Shown: positions 30,636 to 39,744 of the stretch, piece after piece | How the letters are laid out: each line of letters starts with the position of its first letter | Numbering within the stretch: the first letter of the stretch is position 1 | Assembly: GCA_023409615.1 (NCBI GenBank) | Contig: JAEYRF010000163.1 | Location: forward strand, 1 to 62,663 | Origin: Bacillota bacterium | GTDB taxonomy: Bacteria; Bacillota; Clostridia; Acetivibrionales; DTU013 | Direction of reading: 5' to 3' | Length of the DNA stretch: 62,663 nt | Made by a program: the position numbers and the translations under genes | Notes under the pieces: model-generated | Seen by the model: only the letters and a program-made list of their open reading frames with translations | What the model was told of the DNA's origin: nothing | Databases searched by the model: none

Positions 30636-32528
30636 TCATAAATGACAAATAAAAGGTGAAGCAGGCAGGTTCTCGCTATTATAAAGGTTGGCACCTTCCG
30701 GGTTGTCATCCCACGCATATCTGACATGAGCGGGATCTGGAACCTCATCATGCCATACTTCTACACAATTCCCTACAATTCTGGCGTTCGCACGGATAAA
30801 TATGCCATTCGTGCCGGCAACCTCAAAATATTCAAGTTTTTCTCCTCTAACTTCCAATCCGCCACCTATATCACTGAAGGACAGTATAACTCGTAACCCG
30901 TCCCGTTTTGCTGACAGCAGCAGCGGTCCGGAAGCCACCACCTCATCATCCCCATAAGCGGCCCTTTTAGCCGCCAGCGCCAAGCGGAATCCTATATCCT
31001 TTTTATTTTGAGGATGTACATCATTCCATTCTCCGATGTCAATAGTAATAGCCATTCCCGTAAAGGGCACTGATAGTGTCATCCTCTGCGCTTCTCTTAT
31101 CGGTGCCCAGTTTCCTGCCGCTCGAATGTGAGACTCCTTATAGTTCGGCAGCTGTACATAAAGAAATGGGAAATCGCCCTGCCCCCACTTTTTTCTCCAG
31201 TCAGCGATCATCGCTTTGAAAAGGCTCTTATAGTTACCGGGGTACTGTGCGTTTGTCTCGCCTTGATACCAGATAACACCTTTGATCGCATAATGGTATA
31301 ACGGCGATATCATACCGTTATACAAGCCTGTCGGGCGCCACATGACAAAGGATGGTTCAGGAATCGGTTCACTTTTTACGCCTATCATGTACTGCCAGAC
31401 TCCGCTTAAACCAATAATATCCTCCCCTATTTTCAAATGATATGGCTTTCCTTTGTAAAAACCGCCTTTTCCCGAGCTATTGATCACCCTTACAACGATT
31501 GTGTTTTTACCTTCCTTAAGAAGGCCTTCCGGGATCTCATATTTTCTCGGAATATACTGCATCAGTCCTGAACCAACAATACTACCATTAATATAGACCA
31601 TGTCCTCATCAACGATGTTGCCCAGAAAAAGTGTTGCCGGCAAGTTCGATAATGAAGAAGGTATCTCGATCTCTTTCCGGAACCATACAGCTCCGTTAAA
31701 CATGCCCAACCCCTCTTCTTCCCAGAAAGAAGGTATATTGATATATGACCATGCGGAAGCGTCGTAATCCTCTTCATAACATGGTTTCCCACCATGTGGA
31801 ATTCCATGGTCGTTTTTGTCAATATTATTATGCCATTCCTCGCTATCCGTTTGATCCTTTTTCAAAAGCGCTTCAACATAGTTCCTGTCCTTCAGCTTAT
31901 TCGCCGATTCCAGGTAATCAGGAAAGGAGCTGAGAGCATCGGCACTCATCCATGCCTCAGCGGGAGCTCCGCCGATGCTTGCATTAATCAGTCCGATAGG
32001 TATGTGATATTCTTCAAACAGCTTTAACGCAAAGAAATATCCTGCAGCAGTAAAGTCCATAACACTTTGGGAATTGGCCGCCTCCCAGCTTCCGGACTCT
32101 AAGTCTTCACACTCGTTTTCGAAGTCGTACTTTGCCGGGACCAGAAACTGCCTGATGTGATTGTTTGATGCATTGACCACCTCGTCAGCGTATTTATCTC
32201 TGAGTGAAAACATTGTCATGGCCATGTTGGACTGACCGGAACACAGCCAAACATCACCCAAAAGGATATCTTTAACCGTTACCCTTTCGCTGGCGTTAGC
32301 CGCCTCAATGACCATATCATAGGGCCCACCGGCGTTCCCCGAACAGAAGCTCACATGCCATTTCCCATCGGCATCGGCAACAGCTTGGTGTGTATTCTCC
32401 AGGAACATGACTGTAATCACCTCACCAGAAGGTGCCCAGCCCCATACCTTAACCTGCGCATTTCTTTGTATCACCATACCGTCGCTAACCAGACGTGGCA
32501 GTTTTATTTTTGATAAGCTTTCAGTCAT
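30636..32528 (-). CDS. SASA-family carbohydrate O-acetylesterase (sialate O-acetylesterase-like, SGNH-type)
   Basis: GDVWLCSGQSNM (GQSN catalytic Ser block), WYQGETN, and the C-terminal VRYAWDDNPEGANLYN typical of this family. No signal peptide. Confidence 0.75.
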   Translation of the reverse strand: MTESLSKIKLPRLVSDGMVIQRNAQVKVWGWAPSGEVITVMFLENTHQAVADADGKWHVSFCSGNAGGPYDMVIEAANASERVTVKDILLGDVWLCSGQSNMAMTMFSLRDKYADEVVNASNNHIRQFLVPAKYDFENECEDLESGSWEAANSQSVMDFTAAGYFFALKLFEEYHIPIGLINASIGGAPAEAWMSADALSSFPDYLESANKLKDRNYVEALLKKDQTDSEEWHNNIDKNDHGIPHGGKPCYEEDYDASAWSYINIPSFWEEEGLGMFNGAVWFRKEIEIPSSLSNLPATLFLGNIVDEDMVYINGSIVGSGLMQYIPRKYEIPEGLLKEGKNTIVVRVINSSGKGGFYKGKPYHLKIGEDIIGLSGVWQYMIGVKSEPIPEPSFVMWRPTGLYNGMISPLYHYAIKGVIWYQGETNAQYPGNYKSLFKAMIADWRKKWGQGDFPFLYVQLPNYKESHIRAAGNWAPIREAQRMTLSVPFTGMAITIDIGEWNDVHPQNKKDIGFRLALAAKRAAYGDDEVVASGPLLLSAKRDGLRVILSFSDIGGGLEVRGEKLEYFEVAGTNGIFIRANARIVGNCVEVWHDEVPDPAHVRYAWDDNPEGANLYNSENLPASPFICHL

Positions 32529-33313
32529 ATAATTTTATCAACCCAATCTAAAGCATATTCAATCTGAGGATTCCAGAATTTCCAGTCATGCGCTCCCGCT
32601 GTTTCACGGTATGTAAACCTGACGCCGAGCGTTTGAAGATACTCTTTAAAATCACGGTTCTCTTTCAACAAAAAGTCTTCAGTCCCACATGCCATATATA
32701 TATCCGGGAAAGGTCTTCCCTCTTCCAGAACTTTTTTTGCAAGTGCTTTGGGATCATTCTCACTTCCCAACAGTTCATCAAGCTTTCCAAACGTTTTTTC
32801 ATAATATTTCCTGCTTGCCGGTGTTTTCGAGAAATCAACCGACGGATCCGATATCTGATCAGTAATGAGTGCAGATGAGAGCGCAATAACAGAGCCAAAT
32901 ACATCACAATATTTTAACCCGTTCCGTACCGCTCCGAACCCTCCCATAGATAATCCACCTATCATTGTATCCTCTCTCTTATGAGACAGCGGAAACATTG
33001 CTCTAGTAAAGTCAATAATTTCCTTTCCGATATACTCCCCGAAATATGTCTCTTCCTCGGCATTATCTATATAAAAGCTATTTTCACCCGATGGCATAAT
33101 GACCGCAATATCATGGCGATCCGCCAACTCACCGATCAACGATCCCGATAGCCAGTCTGTACAATGTCCCATGTACCCGTGGAGCAGATACAGTGTTCTC
33201 ATCTCACGCTTTACTGACAAATCCGCCCCAGGCTTTTCAAGAGGTATGATTGCTTTAAATGATACCTGACGTTTCAAAATTGAAGAAAGATATTCAACAT
33301 GAATAATTGACAT
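32525..33313 (-). CDS. Alpha/beta-hydrolase esterase (Esterase D / CE1-like family)
   Basis: LLHGYMGHCTDW, the GxSxG nucleophile elbow GGLSMGGFGA, and a C-terminal AGAHDW. It overlaps the downstream gene by 4 nt (ATGA coupling). Confidence 0.75.
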   Translation of the reverse strand: MSIIHVEYLSSILKRQVSFKAIIPLEKPGADLSVKREMRTLYLLHGYMGHCTDWLSGSLIGELADRHDIAVIMPSGENSFYIDNAEEETYFGEYIGKEIIDFTRAMFPLSHKREDTMIGGLSMGGFGAVRNGLKYCDVFGSVIALSSALITDQISDPSVDFSKTPASRKYYEKTFGKLDELLGSENDPKALAKKVLEEGRPFPDIYMACGTEDFLLKENRDFKEYLQTLGVRFTYRETAGAHDWKFWNPQIEYALDWVDKII

Positions 33314-33373
33314 CTATTTCACCTACACTCTCATTTATTATTACGGCAAAATTTCTGGCCTTTAACCACTATC

Positions 33374-34408
33374 CTAAGACTGCTGCTTTCTGCCGACACC
33401 GGCCGGAAATGATTCAACAAAGTTTATTGTCTTGGCCTGCGCTTCAGTAACCGGTGTTTTTGTCCAATCAATAGTGCGTTCATAACCGGCATAGTCACAT
33501 ATCCGAATCGCACAAAGAAGTCCGTCATTGCCTCTCTCATAAGCTGAAATACCAGATATCGCAATTCTTGCCAGTTCTTCCTGACCCGCTCTAGACACTA
33601 TATGAGCCCACTCAATCACGCAATTGACACCATCATCTATAATCGTTTCATAGCGCATGCCAACACAACGCGGAATGTATTTTGCCATTGATTCATATGC
33701 TCCCCGAAGTGCATCGGGTATGACCGGTGTCTCTTGTATCTCCTGTGTTCCCGCTGTTTCATGCGTTTCAGACTCAGTATGCTGCGCATCGGCTGGCTCA
33801 TATCCACCAAATTTGCAGTTAGGGCTCATACATGCCAGAATCCGTTCGACATCCACACATGGAACATGGTGAAGCGCCTCATAGTATTCGCGTACTGCGC
33901 CTGTCAACAGTCCAGGATCACCCATTTCCAGATGCGCCGACTTGAAAATTGGTTTTCGATAAGCCTGCAAGCCGGGAACATATGTATGGTGACAATAAAG
34001 CCTTACTTCATCCAATGTGTCCTGTGTACGCAGATCACCAACAACAAACATGGGCACCTTTTTTATTTCGCCGTCAACTACAAAATTTGCTACCAGCTCA
34101 GTTACTGACCTTCCATTAGCGCGTGTTTGTATAATAGGTGTTACGAAAGCACGCTGCGCCTGAAAGGCAGAGAGCCAGCCTTCAGTAAAACGCCGGATGC
34201 CGTCAAGGCCTTCAAAGCGGCCATACGGCGCGTCAACGGCGCTCGGTACGTTCCCAAAAAGCTTTTTCTCGCTAAATAGCTTAAGGACAGACTCATAATC
34301 CTGATTGCATACCGAATACATAAACTTCAACTCAGGTGATGTCGCCAGAATCTGATGATGCAAACCGGAATATAGTCTTTCAAGACTGCAGGTTCTCCGA
34401 GTACTCAT
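33374..34408 (-). CDS. Hypothetical protein, 344 aa, possibly two NTF2/SnoaL-like halves joined by an acidic Thr/Glu linker
   Basis: Good RBS AGGGGAG. Coding-like composition and no signal peptide. The fold suggestion comes only from the pattern in each half (GRFEGLDGIRRF..., VIEWAHIVSRAG...) and is tentative. Confidence 0.6.
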   Translation of the reverse strand: MSTRRTCSLERLYSGLHHQILATSPELKFMYSVCNQDYESVLKLFSEKKLFGNVPSAVDAPYGRFEGLDGIRRFTEGWLSAFQAQRAFVTPIIQTRANGRSVTELVANFVVDGEIKKVPMFVVGDLRTQDTLDEVRLYCHHTYVPGLQAYRKPIFKSAHLEMGDPGLLTGAVREYYEALHHVPCVDVERILACMSPNCKFGGYEPADAQHTESETHETAGTQEIQETPVIPDALRGAYESMAKYIPRCVGMRYETIIDDGVNCVIEWAHIVSRAGQEELARIAISGISAYERGNDGLLCAIRICDYAGYERTIDWTKTPVTEAQAKTINFVESFPAGVGRKQQS

Positions 34409-34485
34409 AGTTGATCTCCCCTTTTCCTTAATATAAATAACTGGTGGATGAAATAGATTACACAGCTTACCGATATAAAATACGT

Positions 34486-36912
34486 TTATACGCTGCGGAA
34501 AACTATTTCGACCTCAGCCTTCTCATCTTTGCTAAAGTTATATTGAATATGGTCACCATTGAGTGAAATCTCGACGCCGTTTACCCGGAAGGAGGCTATG
34601 TTCCTGCGGCATCGCAGTGTCAGCATCTGATCCTTGTTAGAAACAAGCGTCGCCCTGATTCCCTTTTGAGACCAATTCATCTGCTCGAGTTTCACCCATG
34701 TATATAGCCATACTCCCTCTATACCGGAATCGTAGAGATACTCTGGCATTGCAGGCAGAAACTCGATAGTACCGGGTTCTGAGAAAATGCACATTTCCAG
34801 CAGTATCGCCGGCATTGCGCCCTGCAGATCAGGAAACTGACCACGGTACGGGAAGTGTCTTGTTTGCAGCGTACGTGTAACGAAGCCATGATTAATTAGT
34901 TGGGACAGGTTCTGCATGGTCTCCTCCATATCCTTGAGGCGAATAGCCGAAAAACATCGGTGTATAATACCATGCGCAGAGTCATCCTGCTGACCGCGCT
35001 TGCGGTTGGATATCTTGATTGCCATAGCAAGCTCAGGCTCAGTCTCCGGAGTCACAGCACGGCCAGGCCATACATCATAGTGATGAGAAACATGCCGATG
35101 GTTATAATTCTCTTCAATGGTAGGCCATGCCCACTCTTTCAAGCCGCCGCCTTCATCTAGCAGATATGTCGGCAGTGACTCACGCTGCTGCTCCCAGTGA
35201 GGAATATTTTCCTTCTCGATGCCAAGAGTATTACAGGCCTCGATAAGGTTATCGAGCACTTCGCGGCAAATAGCTATATCCATGACAGAGTTAATTCGGG
35301 TTGGACTAATATCCTTACAGGTAACCGTTGCAAAATCCGGATTCGGTGTAGGGTTCTCCGGAGAAAAGGACGGATAGAAAATCACATGACCATCCGGTCC
35401 ACGGTCGCAGGCATAATCCTCAAAGAAGAGTGCTATCTCCTTAAGTGCAGGCACCAGGCGGTTTCTAAGGAACTCTATGTCACCGGTGACCAGCCAGTAT
35501 CCCCACAGCTCGTTGTATATCCATCCAAGGGAGCCGGTCCAGCAGTAGTGAGGGTATGTCTTGGAGAAGTGGTAGAATAAGCCGGAATCATAGTCACAGT
35601 GGACACTGCAAAGCAGGCCGCGTGCGCCGAACAGCTTACGGGCATTAGTTCGGAAATCTTCAAATTTGGTCTCATAATATCTGAAGTAGACATCCATCTC
35701 GTCAAAAAGTCCAGTGTTGTTTCCAGCGCAGACCTGCAGGTTCGTATTGATGTTATGCTGGCCCCACATAGGCGGGATGTTGCCGGTGTCCATTATTTGG
35801 TAGAATCGGCCCATGTCATAAAGCTTGTCCATTAACATACCATCTATTTCAAAGTCAGTATTTGAACGCGTCATCAGTTCCTCGGCGGAAAGCGCGAAGT
35901 CGTTCTTTTCACCCATATGAAGGCGCGAACGTTCCATCCGTGAGCCAATAAATTCGCTATTATAATCAAGAAGTAAATTGAAATCAGGATCGATTGCGAT
36001 AATTTCATCCACGACAGGCTTAGCACAAGCAAATGTGAAGCCGCTTTCAAACTTTACAGTCTTGGACAGGACTATCATGCTATCCGCACCGGTCACACGG
36101 ATACCGCCATCAACACGCTCAGTTTTGCCGCCGTGGCGGATAAAGCGTATGACAGAGACGTAGCCTTTTTGGCCATACTCGGGATTATATGCAAACTTAA
36201 GTGTAATCAGGTCCCCGGTAATATCAAGTTCTTTTATGCAAAGCTCAGGCTTGGACATTCGGTCATAACCAGTCCCGGCATCAGGAAGTCTGATTGTGAT
36301 ATCAACATCAAGAGCGCCTTTGGGTGCAGAGAAACGCTGCACGACAACATCGCCTTTGTAAGCGGCAAACAGCTCACGGGCAAACTCACCCTTGTCGTTC
36401 TCCCATTGAACAGTGATCTTACCTGAAAGCATGTCCAGCCAGCGTATATAATTATTCGTACTTCCGGCTTCCGGCTGCCTTATCCCCAGCCAGAAAGCTT
36501 TGTTCTGGCGCAGCATAGGCGGAATGATGTTGTTGTTCCATTTGCCAAACAGGGAACCAAACCCGGATTCGAGCTGAACCTTATGTACAAGTTCACCCAC
36601 TTCTTCGAGTTTACCCTCTCGCAGCAGCCTGCGAATATCAGGCATCACTCCGGTCAGATCAGGCGGCTCAGGTGTCTTGGCCCATAAGGGCTCATAAAGT
36701 GCTTCCTGCGAAAATGCAAGTTCATCATTGTACGGGTCTCCAAGCACATCTACACGTTGGAAACCATTACCGGTACTAACGCAATCAGCATAATCATTCG
36801 ACGGATAGAGGCTGCATACACTGCGCTCCGGCAATATTTTCCTGCGTTTATCAAGAGACATTGCAGCATATTTAAAAGTATATGGCACTAATTTTGGACT
36901 AAATTGCGACAT
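34486..36912 (-). CDS. GH95-like glycoside hydrolase (alpha-L-fucosidase/galactosidase-type fold), divergent
   Basis: N-terminal STGNGFQRVDVLGDPYNDELAFSQEALYEPLW resembles the GH95 N-domain (P-x-GNG...NE..LW). HNINTNLQVC resembles the GH95 NINLQMNYW block. The C-terminal IEFLPAMPEYL...GIEGV... resembles the GH95 LLPALP tail. The start is set at the ATG at 36912 (RBS GAAGGAG). Confidence 0.6.
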   Translation of the reverse strand: MSQFSPKLVPYTFKYAAMSLDKRRKILPERSVCSLYPSNDYADCVSTGNGFQRVDVLGDPYNDELAFSQEALYEPLWAKTPEPPDLTGVMPDIRRLLREGKLEEVGELVHKVQLESGFGSLFGKWNNNIIPPMLRQNKAFWLGIRQPEAGSTNNYIRWLDMLSGKITVQWENDKGEFARELFAAYKGDVVVQRFSAPKGALDVDITIRLPDAGTGYDRMSKPELCIKELDITGDLITLKFAYNPEYGQKGYVSVIRFIRHGGKTERVDGGIRVTGADSMIVLSKTVKFESGFTFACAKPVVDEIIAIDPDFNLLLDYNSEFIGSRMERSRLHMGEKNDFALSAEELMTRSNTDFEIDGMLMDKLYDMGRFYQIMDTGNIPPMWGQHNINTNLQVCAGNNTGLFDEMDVYFRYYETKFEDFRTNARKLFGARGLLCSVHCDYDSGLFYHFSKTYPHYCWTGSLGWIYNELWGYWLVTGDIEFLRNRLVPALKEIALFFEDYACDRGPDGHVIFYPSFSPENPTPNPDFATVTCKDISPTRINSVMDIAICREVLDNLIEACNTLGIEKENIPHWEQQRESLPTYLLDEGGGLKEWAWPTIEENYNHRHVSHHYDVWPGRAVTPETEPELAMAIKISNRKRGQQDDSAHGIIHRCFSAIRLKDMEETMQNLSQLINHGFVTRTLQTRHFPYRGQFPDLQGAMPAILLEMCIFSEPGTIEFLPAMPEYLYDSGIEGVWLYTWVKLEQMNWSQKGIRATLVSNKDQMLTLRCRRNIASFRVNGVEISLNGDHIQYNFSKDEKAEVEIVFRSV

Positions 36913-36981
36913 TTGAACTCCTTCGAAGAATTTATTTTTGAAGATGTATACCACTATTATACTAATACTTTCAACTTTATG

Positions 36982-37015
36982 CTTGCATAATATCAACAAA
37001 TTATACAATAATTTT
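36982..37015 (-). promoter_or_regulatory. Promoter-proximal conserved motif (copy B) upstream of the GH95-like gene
   Basis: 29 of 34 nt are identical to 18629-18662. On the minus strand it has an extended -10 TGTATAAT followed by TTGTTGATATTATGCAAG. Confidence 0.45.
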
Positions 37016-37024
37016 GATGCTCTG

Positions 37025-37065
37025 AACAAAAAACATCCCATCAGTAAAATTGAATACTGATGGGA
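37025..37065 (-). terminator. Rho-independent terminator after the SBP gene
   Basis: Perfect 11-bp stem TCCCATCAGTA / TACTGATGGGA (37036-37065) with an 8-nt loop. The minus strand continues with TGTTTTTTG. Confidence 0.8.
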
Positions 37066-37099
37066 CGTTCAATATAATTAATGTAGCTGTGTGAATATT

Positions 37100-38743
37100 T
37101 TAAGGTCCAACATATTTTGCGGCACGCTCAGCAATAATTTCGTCCGCACCGGAAGCACGCCAATCGGCAATGAATGCATCCCAGATCTTGTCGAACTCAC
37201 CTGCTTTAGCTCTAACAGCGTTTGATCCGCCATCGTCAGCTTTCTTTGTCAGGTCTTCAGTATAGGGACCAGCTGCTGACAGAATTACAGGGACAACCAG
37301 ATCAGCTTCTGCGTCTTTCATTGCTGTGTTATATGCATCAACAATGTATTTTGCCTCACAAGTATATCCATTAGCCAATGCTTTGATAGTTGTCTCTTCA
37401 TCACCGAGCCAGATACCATTCATAGGCATGGTGTAGTCAAGATTGTTTCCGGAGTTTTGAATTGTCTCACCTGTAGCAGGAATTGATGCAGGTAATCCAT
37501 TGACGATCTTGTGGTTTTTACCTTCTTCTCCGAATTGAAGGAATTTGGAGACTTCGTTCTTTGTCAGCCAATTGAGATAACGGCAGGCAGCTTCAGGTTC
37601 TTTTGCAGTTGCAGGTATAAAGATGTTAATTCCAGCTGCGTCGTACTTACCCTTATAGGTCTTACCGGCTGCATTTACAAATGGGTCAATAGCAACATAT
37701 TCAGCATTGGGAACGTTCAGTATCATACCATCCTGCCAGCTGGGGGAGTTACGGTAAGCCTGATCCCAGTTATGTATGAAGGAACCGACACGCCCTGCTT
37801 TAATAAGTTCTTCATTCTTAACATCGTCTTTATAGAGATAGAATTCAGGATCAATAAGACCTTCGAGATACATCTTGTTAAGGAAGCGGTATCCTTCTTT
37901 TGCTCCATCAAGAAGAATGTTTCGTCCAAGAGGAGTATTAATCCAGCGATCCTTGGCAGAAATGCCCGGGTCTACAAAAGAATTAACAAGGTTTGATGCT
38001 CTCCAGCGAATGTCAGGAGTCATGGTAAATGGGATAACATCAGTGCCAAGCTTGGCAGCATTATCTTTGAACGCTTTAAGCGCATTATACCATTCATCAC
38101 GGGTTGTAGGAAGACCTAATCCCAATATATCAAGCCAATCCTTCCTGATAACTGTCGTAATCATTGCAACATTCATACGACGTGCAACAAAAGAATGAAT
38201 TGTATTGTCTGTTAAATCCTTGTTACGTTCGATCATCCTGCGTCCCGGAAGAGCCTTGTCTTCTCCGAGAAGTGCATCCATGTCCTTCATAGCAGGAATA
38301 AATGGAGATAATTCTGTTAAGCCACCCTGATCGCGGTAAAGAGTAACAAGATCACCGCTGTATGTATAACATATATCAGGTGCAGTTCCGCTAGCCATCA
38401 GATTGTTCAACTGCGTCGTTTCATCAGAACGGCTCACTGGAACAAAAGTTACTTCGATGTTTTCCTCTGCCAAAACCTTTTCTTTAATCCACTTTGCCCA
38501 ATAGTTGTTCGTAGGATCCGTCTTTCCTCCGTCAGTACCACGGTCGAAAACCTCAACCGTAATCTTAGCCAATGCGGGTTTTGTTTCTGCTGTGTCATCA
38601 GGCTCTGTTGCCGGCGCCGGCTTTACATCATCGGTCTTCGTAGCAGGTGCAGGCGAATTTTCTTTAGGTTCGTTCGTGCCTCCACAGGCAACGAAAGACA
38701 GAAGCATGATGAATGTTAATAGCAGAATCATCGCTTTTTTCAT
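37100..38743 (-). CDS. LplA/LipO-type extracellular sugar-binding lipoprotein (547 aa)
   Basis: Lipobox FVAC|GG, a Pro/Ala/Thr/Asp linker, large SBP size and a C-terminal DUF3502-like tail (KIWDAFIADWRASGADEIIAE). Confidence 0.85.
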   Translation of the reverse strand: MKKAMILLLTFIMLLSFVACGGTNEPKENSPAPATKTDDVKPAPATEPDDTAETKPALAKITVEVFDRGTDGGKTDPTNNYWAKWIKEKVLAEENIEVTFVPVSRSDETTQLNNLMASGTAPDICYTYSGDLVTLYRDQGGLTELSPFIPAMKDMDALLGEDKALPGRRMIERNKDLTDNTIHSFVARRMNVAMITTVIRKDWLDILGLGLPTTRDEWYNALKAFKDNAAKLGTDVIPFTMTPDIRWRASNLVNSFVDPGISAKDRWINTPLGRNILLDGAKEGYRFLNKMYLEGLIDPEFYLYKDDVKNEELIKAGRVGSFIHNWDQAYRNSPSWQDGMILNVPNAEYVAIDPFVNAAGKTYKGKYDAAGINIFIPATAKEPEAACRYLNWLTKNEVSKFLQFGEEGKNHKIVNGLPASIPATGETIQNSGNNLDYTMPMNGIWLGDEETTIKALANGYTCEAKYIVDAYNTAMKDAEADLVVPVILSAAGPYTEDLTKKADDGGSNAVRAKAGEFDKIWDAFIADWRASGADEIIAERAAKYVGP

Positions 38744-38806
38744 AATAATGTACCTCCCTAGTTTTTTTATTTTTAGGCGTACTTACGCCATGGGGTGCAT
38801 AGTAAA

Positions 38807-39730
38807 TTATCCTTTTACGGCTCCGATAGTAACTCCGGTTATAAAATATCTTTGAAGCCATGGATAAACCACCAGGATAGGAACTGTAGCAAACATTACC
38901 GAGGCTGCTTTCAGACCCTCAGTGGCTGTCGGAGTGGTGAAACCCTCCAACGTTGCGATTTCTATTGAAGAACGGTTATTGATGATCTGGTACAACTTCA
39001 GTTGTATAGGGTGATATTTTGCGTCGGGCAGATACATCAAGGCATCGGAGAAACCATTCCATCTGCCGACAGCGTAAAACAGTGCCAATGTTGCAAGTAC
39101 TGGAATAGATAATGGAATATATATATTGATCAGAACAGTAACCGGTCCTGCACCATCCAATTCGGCAGATTCACGTAAACTCTCCGGTATGCCCCAGAAG
39201 AAACTACGAAGAATGATCATGTTAAATACGCTCAGGCAGCCGGGAAGTATCAGTACAAGAGGATTTCCAAGCAGATTCAGCTGCTTCATAAGAATATAAT
39301 TGGGGATAGTGCCTGCACTGAAATACATAGTCAGAATAATCAGTATATTTATTACTCTGCCGCCCTTGAGATCATATGTGAGCGGGTAAGCTGCAAGTAT
39401 TGTCATAAACATAGAGAAGACAGTGCATATTACAGTTATTATCGCTGTGAATATAAGTGAGCGTGAAAATGCAGCATCGCTAAGTACATATGCATATGAA
39501 TCAAGTGTGAATTCCACAGGCCAGAACGAGACCCTGTTGTTGACAAGAGCATTCGGTGAACTCAGTGAACGCGATATGATATTAATAAAAGGAGCAAGAT
39601 ATATCACTACAAGGAAGACGCAAAGGGCTGCAACTATGATGTCACCTGTTTTGGTGGAGTTTGTACGGAGCATTTTATGTTTATCAATTTGCGTCATTTT
39701 CGTTTGAACTATTTCCTGATTGTTGTTCAT
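38807..39730 (-). CDS. ABC sugar permease (LplC-like)
   Basis: EAA loop RESAELDGAGPVTVLINIYIP. The ATG at 39730 follows AAAGGAG. Confidence 0.85.
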   Translation of the reverse strand: MNNNQEIVQTKMTQIDKHKMLRTNSTKTGDIIVAALCVFLVVIYLAPFINIISRSLSSPNALVNNRVSFWPVEFTLDSYAYVLSDAAFSRSLIFTAIITVICTVFSMFMTILAAYPLTYDLKGGRVINILIILTMYFSAGTIPNYILMKQLNLLGNPLVLILPGCLSVFNMIILRSFFWGIPESLRESAELDGAGPVTVLINIYIPLSIPVLATLALFYAVGRWNGFSDALMYLPDAKYHPIQLKLYQIINNRSSIEIATLEGFTTPTATEGLKAASVMFATVPILVVYPWLQRYFITGVTIGAVKG

Positions 39731-39744
39731 CAATATAATCTCCT

